Below are positions 36,564 through 45,717 of a stretch of 64,000 bases of DNA, piece by piece. This stretch comes from an uncultured Methanobrevibacter sp. (GTDB lineage Archaea > Methanobacteriota > Methanobacteria > Methanobacteriales > Methanobacteriaceae), in NCBI RefSeq assembly GCF_947169325.1, contig NZ_CAMVPN010000001.1, positions 16,089 to 80,088 on the forward strand. Reading direction: 5' to 3'. Numbering within the stretch: the first letter of the stretch is position 1; the number at the start of each line of letters is the position of its first letter. A program made the translations under genes and the position numbers. The notes beneath the pieces are model-generated. The model saw only the letters and a list, made by a program, of their open reading frames with translations. It had not been told where the DNA came from and did no database searches.

Positions 36564-38747
36564 ATGTACAAATCAAAACTCATTTTAGTTTTCATATTTC
36601 TGATGGCTATTTGTCTCTTGGGTCCTGTTGCGGCTTCAGACAGTGTCAATGACACTCAAATCGCCGATGACATTAAGGTTTCATACAATGAATCCGTCTA
36701 TGAAAAGGATTTGGGATCAATCGACGTTGAATTGCCCGACAACACTTCAGGCAATCTCAAGGCAACAGTCAACAATGTGGAGTTTTACAATGAAAACATA
36801 TCCTCCTCAGTCAAGGTTGCAATAACAATCCCTAAGGAGGCAATTTCATTATATGTGGCAAACAAGGACTCAGACCATGCTAATTATTTCATCAATCTCT
36901 TTTTCAATGACATTAAAATCGCCAACTACACGCTGAAGGTCATGAGGTTTGCACCGAACTACACTGTCGGAGGCTTTGCCGAAGAGATTTTAAGGGATGA
37001 CCCTGAAGGTTATGTGTCACTGTACTTTCCTGAATCAGCAAACGGCGAAATCAGAATCTACATTGACGGTGAGTATGCTTTCAATCTCACTGCCAGCCAC
37101 TACACATTCCTCAACCAGACAAGGTTCAATTCCCTGGCTTTTGGAAATCATAACGTCACCATAGTCTATATGGGGGATAGCTATTACAGGAAATTCACTA
37201 AAACTTTCAATTTTACGGTGGTGGATATCCTTATGCACGTGCCTAAAAACATAGTTTTTGAACATGACGATTGCATAAGCATAAAAACCATCAAGAATCG
37301 TGATGGTATTGTCACTGTCTATGTGGATAATCGACTGGTTTTTAAAGATAAGCTGGAGGAAAATGGCGACCTCATACACTCCCTATTCAAGGACATGACC
37401 TGCGGTGAGCATACGGTGGAAGTGAGATACGATGCAGGCAAATTCAGCAGGTCTAAAATCGTTGATGTCAATGCAAGCTACTATGTCGACATCTCCCGCT
37501 TCGGCTCATTCATATATGGGGACTACAGCCAGATTATAGCAATCGTTCCGACAGACTTCAAAAAGAGCCTGATTAACATAAGCATAGACTCCGTGCCGTA
37601 CAAGGACTTCAGCATAGATAATTCAGGATGGATTGAGATTGACGTGTCAAGATTGGATATCGGAAACCATACCTTTGATTTCAGCTTCAAGGGTGATGAG
37701 AAATACTTCCCATGGAGGGAATCCCTGAACTTCACAATCCAGTACAAGATCATCACTCCGGCAGCAATACATTTCGATTTGGAAAATGAGGTGTCACTGG
37801 TATTGCCAAAATCAGCAAAAGGAAGCCTTGAAGTGTATGTTGACGGTGAACTTTACAAAAGCGCCAAGCTTGTTGGAGGGGAGGCCAAAATAAGGATTGA
37901 TAATCTGATTCCCGGCAGGTACAATCTCACTGCAGGATACACAGGCGATGATTTTAACGTAAGCGATGAATCAGCAGTGATTGAAATTCGCCCGGAAATC
38001 CAGTGTCCGTATGAGATGTATGTCGGAGAGGACAAATACATCACCGTAACCGCCATTAAAGAGGCAAAGGGAAAGGTAATCTTCGCCATTGGCGATGAGA
38101 ACTACACTGCAGAGCTTGCAAACGGTAAGGCAAGGATGTCACTTAAAAATATCCCTGCAGGAAATTATGACGATGTATGGGCATATTATATTGGGGATAA
38201 CGGATTTAATGCTACACTCCTTACATTCATTGAGATTTTGCCGGAGAAGATAACATTGACTGCCGTTAAGGTTTCAAGCCAAAACGCCCAGATGAAGGTC
38301 CATGTCAACGGAAAGCTTGTCAAAAACGCATATGTCACACTCAAGGTTGACAAGGCCACCAAAAAGGTGAAGACCAATTCAAAAGGCATTGCAACATTGA
38401 CATTGGCGCCGGGAAAGCACACAATAACCGCCAAATACAAAACCTCAAAGTCAACAAAAACCGTCAATGTCCATGTAATCACATTAAAGTCAGTTTCAGT
38501 CAAAAAATCAGCCAAAAAGCTGGTGCTTTCAGCCAAACTCAAAAAAGGCAAGACATTGCTTAAAAACAAAAAAGTCACTTTCAAATTCAACGGCAAGACA
38601 TATAATGCCAAAACCAATAAGAAGGGCATTGCAAAAGTAACAGTAAAATCAGGGGTTTTAAAAAAGCTCAAAGTTAAAAGTAAAGTAACCTATCAGTGCA
38701 GTTACCTTAAAGACACAGTCAAAAAGACTGCTGTAGTTAAAAAATAG
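36564..38747 (+). CDS. Ig-repeat surface protein (adhesin-like), third tandem paralog
   Basis: The signal peptide is MYKSKLILVFIFLMAICLLGPVAASD. It has Ig-like repeats, and the C-terminal module is VSVKKSAKKLVLSAKLKKGKTLLKNKKVTFKFNGKTYNAKTNKKGIAKVTVK...VTYQCSYLKDTVKKTAVVKK. Confidence 0.9.
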   Translation: MYKSKLILVFIFLMAICLLGPVAASDSVNDTQIADDIKVSYNESVYEKDLGSIDVELPDNTSGNLKATVNNVEFYNENISSSVKVAITIPKEAISLYVANKDSDHANYFINLFFNDIKIANYTLKVMRFAPNYTVGGFAEEILRDDPEGYVSLYFPESANGEIRIYIDGEYAFNLTASHYTFLNQTRFNSLAFGNHNVTIVYMGDSYYRKFTKTFNFTVVDILMHVPKNIVFEHDDCISIKTIKNRDGIVTVYVDNRLVFKDKLEENGDLIHSLFKDMTCGEHTVEVRYDAGKFSRSKIVDVNASYYVDISRFGSFIYGDYSQIIAIVPTDFKKSLINISIDSVPYKDFSIDNSGWIEIDVSRLDIGNHTFDFSFKGDEKYFPWRESLNFTIQYKIITPAAIHFDLENEVSLVLPKSAKGSLEVYVDGELYKSAKLVGGEAKIRIDNLIPGRYNLTAGYTGDDFNVSDESAVIEIRPEIQCPYEMYVGEDKYITVTAIKEAKGKVIFAIGDENYTAELANGKARMSLKNIPAGNYDDVWAYYIGDNGFNATLLTFIEILPEKITLTAVKVSSQNAQMKVHVNGKLVKNAYVTLKVDKATKKVKTNSKGIATLTLAPGKHTITAKYKTSKSTKTVNVHVITLKSVSVKKSAKKLVLSAKLKKGKTLLKNKKVTFKFNGKTYNAKTNKKGIAKVTVKSGVLKKLKVKSKVTYQCSYLKDTVKKTAVVKK

Positions 38748-38753
38748 TTAAAA

Positions 38754-38790
38754 AGACGGTTATTCCGTCTCTTCTTTTTCTTTTATTTTT
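38754..38790 (+). terminator. hairpin AGACGG-ttatt-CCGTCT followed by T-runs
   Basis: A perfect 6-bp stem 7 nt after the TAG (38745..38747) is followed by cttctttttcttttatttttt. Confidence 0.5.
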
Positions 38791-38972
38791 TCCTTAAGAT
38801 TTTCAATTCCAATAATCATAGTTTTCCTCCTTAGGGTTATTTTTTTGAAATAACTTTGGAGTGTTATTTCACTTATGTTATTCTATGACTTTTTTCATAT
38901 TTAAATTTTTAGGTATGCCTAAATTTATAATAATGGATTAAATTATATATCCCTAAGATAAACCTATAAGTA

Positions 38973-39908
38973 ATGAGCGAAAAGTACATCCGAGAAAACG
39001 TCAACTCCTGCAGTATAGTCAAGAACTCAAAAACATATGCCAAAATTGCCAATCTGGACGATGCGGTATTCATCAGGGATTTACTCATAGAAAACGACTG
39101 GAATCTTGATGAAATCCCTCAGACAGTCAAATTCAACGATAATTATCTTGTTTTAACAGTTCTTGATGGGAAAATCCATCTGATTGCCAAATACAAAAGC
39201 GAACCGTCACAGGAAACTATTAATAAACTGGTCAAAAGGCATAAAAGAAATCCGAACAACTCCAAATACGGTTTGAACATCACAAGGGTCTTCGACACCT
39301 TCGTAATCAAAAAGCAGATTGCAAGTGACGATTACATCTTCGGATATTACGATAATCTGGAGGATGCCCAGTTTGTGAGGAATTTCCTCATGGACCACTG
39401 CTGGAACGTAAACGAATTCGACATTGTCAACTTCTGCGATGAAACACAGACATATAAGGTCGTAAAGGTCATTGACGATAAGGTCTATGTCCTTGATTCG
39501 TCAAAAACAGATGATTTCGATTTGGATAATGTCTATAGCGAATTCCTCTCGAAAATATCAAAGCACAAGTTAGGGCTGGCCAGTCATCCGCACCTCGATG
39601 AGCTTAAAGGCTTGATTGGAGAGCTTGAAAGTGAACTGGGAGTAAAGGCAACTGATGATGTGTGGTCATTTTCGCACATTAACGATGAAAAGTCAGTACT
39701 TACGGATGTGATTTTCACCCTAACGCCATTCGAGCAGAGCGTTTATGATGCAATAGGTAATGAAGCCTCAATTGACGATATCAAAAAATCCCTTATCAGA
39801 TACCGCTCTAAAAACTTCGAGGATAAGATTACAAGAAACCTTGAAAGCCTGATTGACAAAGGTCTTGTTGAAAAAACAGATTCGGGATATAAAAAAACAA
39901 ATTTATAA
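38973..39908 (+). CDS. hypothetical protein with an internal duplication and a possible C-terminal winged-helix domain
   Basis: Two similar modules are present: LDDAVFIRDLLIENDWNLDEIPQ and LEDAQFVRNFLMDHCWNVNEFD. The C-terminus, SVYDAIGNEASIDDIKKSLIRYRSKNFEDKITRNLESLIDKGLVEK, resembles a wHTH. Confidence 0.5.
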   Translation: MSEKYIRENVNSCSIVKNSKTYAKIANLDDAVFIRDLLIENDWNLDEIPQTVKFNDNYLVLTVLDGKIHLIAKYKSEPSQETINKLVKRHKRNPNNSKYGLNITRVFDTFVIKKQIASDDYIFGYYDNLEDAQFVRNFLMDHCWNVNEFDIVNFCDETQTYKVVKVIDDKVYVLDSSKTDDFDLDNVYSEFLSKISKHKLGLASHPHLDELKGLIGELESELGVKATDDVWSFSHINDEKSVLTDVIFTLTPFEQSVYDAIGNEASIDDIKKSLIRYRSKNFEDKITRNLESLIDKGLVEKTDSGYKKTNL

Positions 39909-40012
39909 ATAGCGTCCAAACCAATATCATATTGTATTTGCAAAGGCAAATACTAGTTCTTTTTTGGTTTGAACTATGGGAAATTCACAAGAATTTCCCT
40001 TCAATTCAATAA

Positions 40013-40201
40013 TTATTCTCTATCAGACAGCAATTCTCCGGCCACTCCAATGCTTTCCTTTGGATAAGCCTGAACAAGTACGGTTATTGCTTCGATTGGC
40101 AAATCATATGCTTTTGCAACAACTTCAGATACTTCCTTAACCATTTCTCTTTTTTTCTCAATACTAATTCCGTCATTTCCAGCTATTGTTATTACAGGCA
40201 T
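40013..40201 (-). CDS. 4-oxalocrotonate tautomerase family protein
   Basis: The 62-aa protein starts MPVITI (catalytic Pro1 after Met removal) and shows a beta-alpha-beta pattern typical of the family. Confidence 0.75.
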   Translation of the reverse strand: MPVITIAGNDGISIEKKREMVKEVSEVVAKAYDLPIEAITVLVQAYPKESIGVAGELLSDRE

Positions 40202-40265
40202 TTTATCACCAATTAAAATTTATTACAAAGATAGTATAAATAAATTATTAAAAGGTTTTGATATT

Positions 40266-40724
40266 ATGCTTGGTGAAGAAGAACTTGTTAAGGTGTTTCC
40301 GGATTTCGCCGATTTGGTTCAGCCGTCCGGAATCGATTTGGAATTGGATAAGATTTATGTGCAGACCTCAGGAGGCTCACTTATTGACAACGAAAAGCAG
40401 CTGCCTGAAATTGAAGAGCTTGAAGGCGACATATACACGCTAAAGCCGCATACTGCATATCTTGCAAGCATCAAAAGGAAAATAAAGATTCCTAAAGGCT
40501 ACACTATGCTTTACCTTCCACGTTCAACCCTCCTGCGATCATTCATCTCAGTCCAGACTGCCGTTGGAGACCCAGGTTTTTACGGAACGCTGATGTTCAT
40601 GATCTACAATCACGGGGATTTCGAATATAAGATAAAATCCGGTGACAGGATTGCTCAGGCAGTCGTTTTCGACGTTAAGGGCTCAGGGGAGTATGACGGG
40701 TCATATCAGGAGAAGGAAGAATGA
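40266..40724 (+). CDS. dut: dUTP diphosphatase / dCTP deaminase-family protein
   Basis: The 152-aa protein carries PSGIDLELDKIY, IPKGYTMLYLPRSTLLRSF, VGDPGFYGTLMFMIYN and IKSGDRIAQAVVF. This is the archaeal Dcd/Dut-fold pattern. Confidence 0.7.
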   Translation: MLGEEELVKVFPDFADLVQPSGIDLELDKIYVQTSGGSLIDNEKQLPEIEELEGDIYTLKPHTAYLASIKRKIKIPKGYTMLYLPRSTLLRSFISVQTAVGDPGFYGTLMFMIYNHGDFEYKIKSGDRIAQAVVFDVKGSGEYDGSYQEKEE

Positions 40725-42253
40725 ATGTTGCAGACAATCTGGTCAAAATCCTTGAAGAGGAAGGCATCAAAGAGGTATTCGGAATACCTGGCGAGCAGAT
40801 AATGCCTCTCTACAAGGCGCTTAGCGAATCAGACATTACACACATTCTCACACGCCACGAACAGGCGGCTGCACATGCTGCAGACGGATATGCAAGGTCA
40901 AGCGGAAATGTTGGGGTGTGCATTGCAACGGCTTCTCCGGGAGCATTCAACCTTACGATGGCGGTTGCAACTGCATACAAGGACAACGTTCCGATTCTTG
41001 TCATAACCGGTGATAATGAGCTTAAATACAGGGGAAGTGACCATTTCCAGAGCCTGCCTCAGGTTGAAGTCTTTAAAAACATCACACGCGCTTCATACAA
41101 TCCTTTAAACGGAACCGAAGCGATGTACGTTTTAAGGGCGGCAATCTATGAGATCAAGTCATTTCCAAAAGGGCCTATCCACATCAACCTTTCAAAGGAT
41201 GTGCTGCTCTCAGAGGAGTTTCAGGACTTTGACTTGTGCTATCTGTGTGAGGATGACATGTCAAATCTCACAAAAGCTCAGGAGCTGATAGATTCTTCAT
41301 CCAAACCTTTATTCATCCTCGGTGCCGGTGCGATTTCAGAAAAATCCAACATCGAGCGCATTGCACGAAAATACAACATTCCGGTGACAACAACCTTCCA
41401 TGCAAAGGGCATAATATCAGAAAAGGACGATTTGAACCTTGGATTGGTTGGAATACGCGCAACCCCTCGTGCAAAATACGCATTTGAAAATGCGGACTGC
41501 ATAGTGGCACTTGGAATTAAGGCCAGCGAAAGAACTTTACCTGAAATCCCGGACAATCTGATTCATGTAAACATAAACAAGGACGTATTGGTAGGAAATT
41601 ACTCCATTCACGGCAAGGTTTCAGACTTTTTGGCAGAAGCCAGGTTTAAGAAGGTAGATTGGCTTGGCGAAATTCTTAAGATTGATAATAATATCGAAAT
41701 CGATGGTCTTGACGATGACATGTCACCTCAAGCGGCCATTAAAAGGATTCTTGATAAGTTCGATGACAATGTCATAGTTTCGGATGCTGGAAGCCACACC
41801 ACATGGACAACCCTTCTTAAAAAATCACTAAAGCCAAGGCAGCTGTTGTTTTCAGGCGGCCTTGCGCCGATGGGTTATGGTCTTCCGGCTGCAATCGGAG
41901 CTGCAATCGCAACAGGTGAAAAGATCATTGTCATTAACGGTGACGGAGACTTTCAGATGAACCTTCAGGAACTTGCAACATTAAAAGAGAACAATCTTGA
42001 TGTCATAGTGTTTATCCTCAACAATTCAGAGTATGGTATCATAAGGCAATGGCAGGAGCAGTTATATGATATGAAACCATATCAGGTCAGCTTGAAAAAT
42101 CCGGATTTCGTGAAGCTGGCTTCAAGCTATTCAATCGATGCCGTTCGTGTGGACAACATCAGCGATTTGGAATATGTCCTTGAGAGTAATCTGGCAGGTC
42201 CGCTGGTGGTTGAGGTTGTCGTTGGAAGTGAGGATATTCCCCTTCCCCGCTAA
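40721..42253 (+). CDS. thiamine-pyrophosphate-dependent enzyme, acetolactate synthase large-subunit-like
   Basis: The N-terminus is LVKILEEEGIKEVFGIPGEQIMPLYKAL...TRHEQAAAHAADGYARSSG. The TPP-binding segment is VINGDGDFQMNLQELAT...NNSEYG. The gene overlaps the upstream stop by 4 nt. Confidence 0.75.
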   Translation: MNVADNLVKILEEEGIKEVFGIPGEQIMPLYKALSESDITHILTRHEQAAAHAADGYARSSGNVGVCIATASPGAFNLTMAVATAYKDNVPILVITGDNELKYRGSDHFQSLPQVEVFKNITRASYNPLNGTEAMYVLRAAIYEIKSFPKGPIHINLSKDVLLSEEFQDFDLCYLCEDDMSNLTKAQELIDSSSKPLFILGAGAISEKSNIERIARKYNIPVTTTFHAKGIISEKDDLNLGLVGIRATPRAKYAFENADCIVALGIKASERTLPEIPDNLIHVNINKDVLVGNYSIHGKVSDFLAEARFKKVDWLGEILKIDNNIEIDGLDDDMSPQAAIKRILDKFDDNVIVSDAGSHTTWTTLLKKSLKPRQLLFSGGLAPMGYGLPAAIGAAIATGEKIIVINGDGDFQMNLQELATLKENNLDVIVFILNNSEYGIIRQWQEQLYDMKPYQVSLKNPDFVKLASSYSIDAVRVDNISDLEYVLESNLAGPLVVEVVVGSEDIPLPR

Positions 42254-42504
42254 ATTTTTTCAACAAAAGCCTTGACAATTTCATCTATTTCATCCCCTTC
42301 ATGTAGGGGGGCATAGTAATATTCATTATTTTCTTCATAAATTATTCCGACCGGCCGAAGTTCAGATGAACTTGCCTGGTCATTCAGGCATAGGATCTCC
42401 CTTCTGAAAACAAATGTTAGGCCGCAAAGTTCATGGAAAAGGTATTTGTTTTTCACGGTGAAGTTCAGGTGCTCCTCCATCAGATTCTGGATATGCTTAT
42501 CCAT
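42250..42504 (-). CDS. hypothetical protein, last gene of the GerW/YtfJ-like operon
   Basis: An 84-aa ORF whose start overlaps the upstream gene's stop (42497..42504). I recognise no motif. Confidence 0.4.
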   Translation of the reverse strand: MDKHIQNLMEEHLNFTVKNKYLFHELCGLTFVFRREILCLNDQASSSELRPVGIIYEENNEYYYAPLHEGDEIDEIVKAFVEKI

Positions 42505-43075
42505 TTCTTATCCCCCTTATTAATGTGCGAACTTCCTTTTTTGAAATCAGCCTGACTGCCGGAGGTATGACCTTAAGCAGATTGATGTCAAGTTCGTTAT
42601 CTCCTTTCACGTCAATGACGCTTCCATTAAATGAAGGCTCAGCAGACAGTCTTGCCTTTTCATGCGAACTGTTTAAAATAATCATAAGGCTCCAAATGTA
42701 TCCTATGTATTTGGCGGTGTCCACATAGGAGTCAAGGCCAAAAATGAGATGGTTTTCAAGTCTTGCAACATGAATGCATTTGGTAAATGACTCAAGAAAG
42801 TCCTTGAAGTATCCAAAGCACGGCTTGGCCAACTCGAGAATCTTTTTGACGTCGTGCCTTTCATGCTCTCTGTCCTCATCTTCCTTCTTGTCTTCATCTT
42901 CATCGGGAATGTGGACTGAGTAGACCTTGATTTTTCTTAAAATAAGTATCTTTAAACATCCCTGGAATTTGGGGCCGGTTTTATCGTAAATGAACGTGAT
43001 TCGGACCCCCAAATATAATAGGATAATTATGAATAAGATGATTATTAAGATAATCATCCCTAGGATGTTTAACAT
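42497..43075 (-). CDS. membrane-anchored protein, possibly DUF2953 (YtfI-like)
   Basis: The N-terminal TM segment is ILGMIILIIILFIIILLYLGV. It lies directly downstream of a GerW/YtfJ-like gene, as in the Bacillus ytfI-ytfJ pairing (recollection). Confidence 0.4.
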   Translation of the reverse strand: MLNILGMIILIIILFIIILLYLGVRITFIYDKTGPKFQGCLKILILRKIKVYSVHIPDEDEDKKEDEDREHERHDVKKILELAKPCFGYFKDFLESFTKCIHVARLENHLIFGLDSYVDTAKYIGYIWSLMIILNSSHEKARLSAEPSFNGSVIDVKGDNELDINLLKVIPPAVRLISKKEVRTLIRGIRNG

Positions 43076-43086
43076 ATATTTAATCC

Positions 43087-43542
43087 CTATTCTTCGTCGT
43101 CTATTTCAATGTCTTTAGTGGTGAATTCCGGTTCAATGTATTCTGATTCGTCATACTCTTCGGTGTCTGAGTTCATGTAGCTTTTAATCAGGTCACTGAT
43201 CATCAAACCTAAATCGGTCAGTGCCTTGTTGGTGTCGTTTCCTTTGCTTAAGCCAAGTACACGGATGCCGTCTGCACTGGTTCCTTTTTTAGGGATTACT
43301 ACCATGCATATTGGTTCAACACCTGCACCTGCACCTGCTGCATTTCCTTCATTGCCGATAAGATGTTCTCCAACACCGAATCCGACTCCCATCCTCATTA
43401 CTGGAATTATGATTTTGTCTTCTGTTTCGATTGGTGAACCGATTACATTGTCTACATTAATTAGTTTGTGCAATTCTTCAACGGTTGTTCTAATGTTTTC
43501 TGACATATTTTCACATCCTATTGTTGATTTAATATTTGGCAT
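43087..43542 (-). CDS. GerW/YtfJ-family protein
   Basis: The pattern is VIGSPIETEDKIIIPVMRMGVGFGVGEH...GNAAGAGAGVEPICMVVIPKKG...IRVLGL, the glycine-rich signature of YtfJ/GerW proteins as I recall it. Confidence 0.6.
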   Translation of the reverse strand: MPNIKSTIGCENMSENIRTTVEELHKLINVDNVIGSPIETEDKIIIPVMRMGVGFGVGEHLIGNEGNAAGAGAGVEPICMVVIPKKGTSADGIRVLGLSKGNDTNKALTDLGLMISDLIKSYMNSDTEEYDESEYIEPEFTTKDIEIDDEE

Positions 43543-43672
43543 TAATGTTTAAAATATTTTTATATTGTGCTTTTTTTTCATTGGTTCAATCGTATTAATG
43601 GGGTTCATTTCGATGTTAAAGTTTATATAGGTGGAGATATTATATTTAATTAATTGTTTCATTTTTAAATAT

Positions 43673-44011
43673 ATGCTAAAGAAAATCGGTTCTTTAATTC
43701 AAAAAATTACACTCATAGGGTGGTTTTCAGTGTCAGAGTTTAAAATAAGTGATGTTAATGATAATACTTTAAAAGAGAGATTAAAAGAACAAGCATTGGT
43801 TCTAGGTATTTCTGAGAATGATTTAATTGATAAACTTATCTGTTTAGGATTAAAACATTTAATTGATAAAAAAAGGTTTAGTTCTAAGCATTTAAGCCAT
43901 GATGAAATTAGGTGCATGCTGAAGAAAGATAAGGATAATGATTTCTTAAATGGTGTAGTGTATAATCAAGGGGACATTCAGATTTTGATTAATCTTGTCA
44001 GCAGTGCATAG
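43673..44011 (+). CDS. hypothetical protein, possible ribbon-helix-helix fold
   Basis: The ATG at 43673 lies ~45 nt downstream of the TATA-like TTTATATAGG (43622); the track start is GTG 43631. The segment FKISDVNDNTLKERLKEQALVLGISENDLIDKLICLGL is RHH-like. Confidence 0.35.
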   Translation: MLKKIGSLIQKITLIGWFSVSEFKISDVNDNTLKERLKEQALVLGISENDLIDKLICLGLKHLIDKKRFSSKHLSHDEIRCMLKKDKDNDFLNGVVYNQGDIQILINLVSSA

Positions 44012-44053
44012 TAACATTCCTTAAGTATTACTTTTCTTACTTATAAGACATAC

Positions 44054-44172
44054 TTTTCAAGTGTAACTTTTCCCTTATAAGATATACTTCAACTGTAAAG
44101 ACATATGTTTCAAGTGTAACTTTTCACTTATAACTTGTAACTTTTACCATAAGAGGTGCATTTCAAGTGTAA
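44054..44172 (-). repeat. three ORB-like elements (TTACACTTGAAA on the minus strand) at exact 53-bp spacing
   Basis: The elements are tTTTCAAGTGTAA at 44054..44066, gTTTCAAGTGTAA at 44107..44119 and aTTTCAAGTGTAA at 44160..44172. The conserved flanks are aagacata..tttcaagtgtaactt.tc. They are followed by TTATAACTT at 44128, 44181 (53 bp apart), 44213, 44259 and 44293. Confidence 0.5.
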
Positions 44173-44340
44173 CTTCTCAGTTATAACTTATCCTATGTAA
44201 AAAATATATTCCTTATAACTTATCATGAAAATTTTCCGCAATGCAAAAAATATATTACTTATAACTTATTACAAAAATCGCTTTCTTAGAAATTATAACT
44301 TATAACTAAAATTTCAACAAAAAAAGAAAAGTTGACAGAA

Positions 44341-45483
44341 TCATAAGTATGATTCTGCAATTGATGCAACACCAGCGCCTGCATCGTCGATTACGCCTAA
44401 ACCTTTCAGGGTCATACCGATAGCGGCGAATGTTTGGGTCAATTCCTTGTAGGAAATGCATCCCATGTGTCCGATTCTGAAAATGTTTCCTTTCAGGTGG
44501 TCTTGGCCTCCAGCCAATTCAACGCCGTATTTGTCACGGATTGTGCCTCTGAACTGGTCATCGGTGATTCCTTCAGGCATTTTTACAGCAGTTACTGTTG
44601 CAGATGACACTGCCTCATCAGCGAACAATTCAAGTCCTAAAGCTTTAACAGCAGCTACACTTGCTTTAGCAGCTTTGTGGTGACGTGCAACCCTGTTTTC
44701 AAGTCCTTCTTCCATAACTATCTTCAACGCTTCGTTCATTGCATATGTAAGTGTAACGGATGGGGTGTATGGAGTTTGAGGTGGAACTTTGTCTCCGCTT
44801 TTTTTAGCAGCTTTTAAATCTAAATAAAATGTATTGGTTTCTACTTTGTCAACTGCAGCCCATGCATCGTCGCTTAAGGTAATTGCGGCCATGCCCGGTG
44901 GTGCAGCCAAACATTTCTGAGATCCGGTAAGACAGACGTCAATGCCGAACTTTTCCACATCAACATAGTCTCCTCCAAGGGAAGATACGGTGTCCACGAT
45001 GTATAATGCGTCGTAATTTTTCATGACTTTACCGATTTCTTCGATAGGTGCAGCAACACCTGTGGAAGTTTCGTTGTGGATTACGCTGACAGCTTTGATG
45101 TCTTCATCAGCTTCCAATGCTTCTTCGATAGCTTCAGGAGTTACAGCTGTTCCCCATTCAACTGCCAATTCTTTGGATTCTATTCCATGGGTCTGTGCTA
45201 TTTTCATGAAACGTTCTCCGAATTTTCCGCCGACGACATTTAACATTTTTTCGCCAGGAGCTACAGTGTTGGCAATTCCGGCTTCCATTGCTGCAGTTCC
45301 AGATCCAGTTAATAAATAAGAATCATTTGGGGTTTGGAAAACTTTACTCATTAATTCAGTGGTTTCAGTTAAGATTTCACCATATTTAGCGCCTCTGTGG
45401 TTAACAACAGCTTTGGACATTGCATTGAGTACTCTTGGGTCTACTGTTGTCGGTCCAGGAAGCATTAATAAAATATCGTTCAT
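44341..45483 (-). CDS. class V pyridoxal-phosphate-dependent aminotransferase (serine-glyoxylate/aspartate aminotransferase type)
   Basis: Signatures are LMLPGPTTVDPRVLNAM, TGSGTAAMEA and the PLP-Lys motif CLTGSQKCLAAPPG. The length is 380 aa. Confidence 0.8.
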   Translation of the reverse strand: MNDILLMLPGPTTVDPRVLNAMSKAVVNHRGAKYGEILTETTELMSKVFQTPNDSYLLTGSGTAAMEAGIANTVAPGEKMLNVVGGKFGERFMKIAQTHGIESKELAVEWGTAVTPEAIEEALEADEDIKAVSVIHNETSTGVAAPIEEIGKVMKNYDALYIVDTVSSLGGDYVDVEKFGIDVCLTGSQKCLAAPPGMAAITLSDDAWAAVDKVETNTFYLDLKAAKKSGDKVPPQTPYTPSVTLTYAMNEALKIVMEEGLENRVARHHKAAKASVAAVKALGLELFADEAVSSATVTAVKMPEGITDDQFRGTIRDKYGVELAGGQDHLKGNIFRIGHMGCISYKELTQTFAAIGMTLKGLGVIDDAGAGVASIAESYL

Positions 45484-45717
45484 TATATTCCTCCGTGTAT
45501 TAGCTTAATTGCAAGCTATATATATCTCTTGTTTTTATACTTATTAAATATTTTTAATATGCAGATTTATTCAATTATGGGACAATTGAAGGGTACATTT
45601 TGTAATTTTGTTCAATTTTATAATGAATTTTTTATATAATGGTTATGATATGTCAAGTTGCATATGATTTAGTGGAAGGTTATTTCCATATTGCTATCGT
45701 CTGCATAACTCGAGTGC

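Noticed and set aside
44045-44310. CRISPR-like appearance (short direct repeats with regular spacing)
   Set aside because: There are only three ~25-40-bp repeats, and they are degenerate at the ends. The 'spacers' are themselves repetitive (TTATAACTT). There are no cas genes in the window. The repeat core matches an ORB-like box instead.
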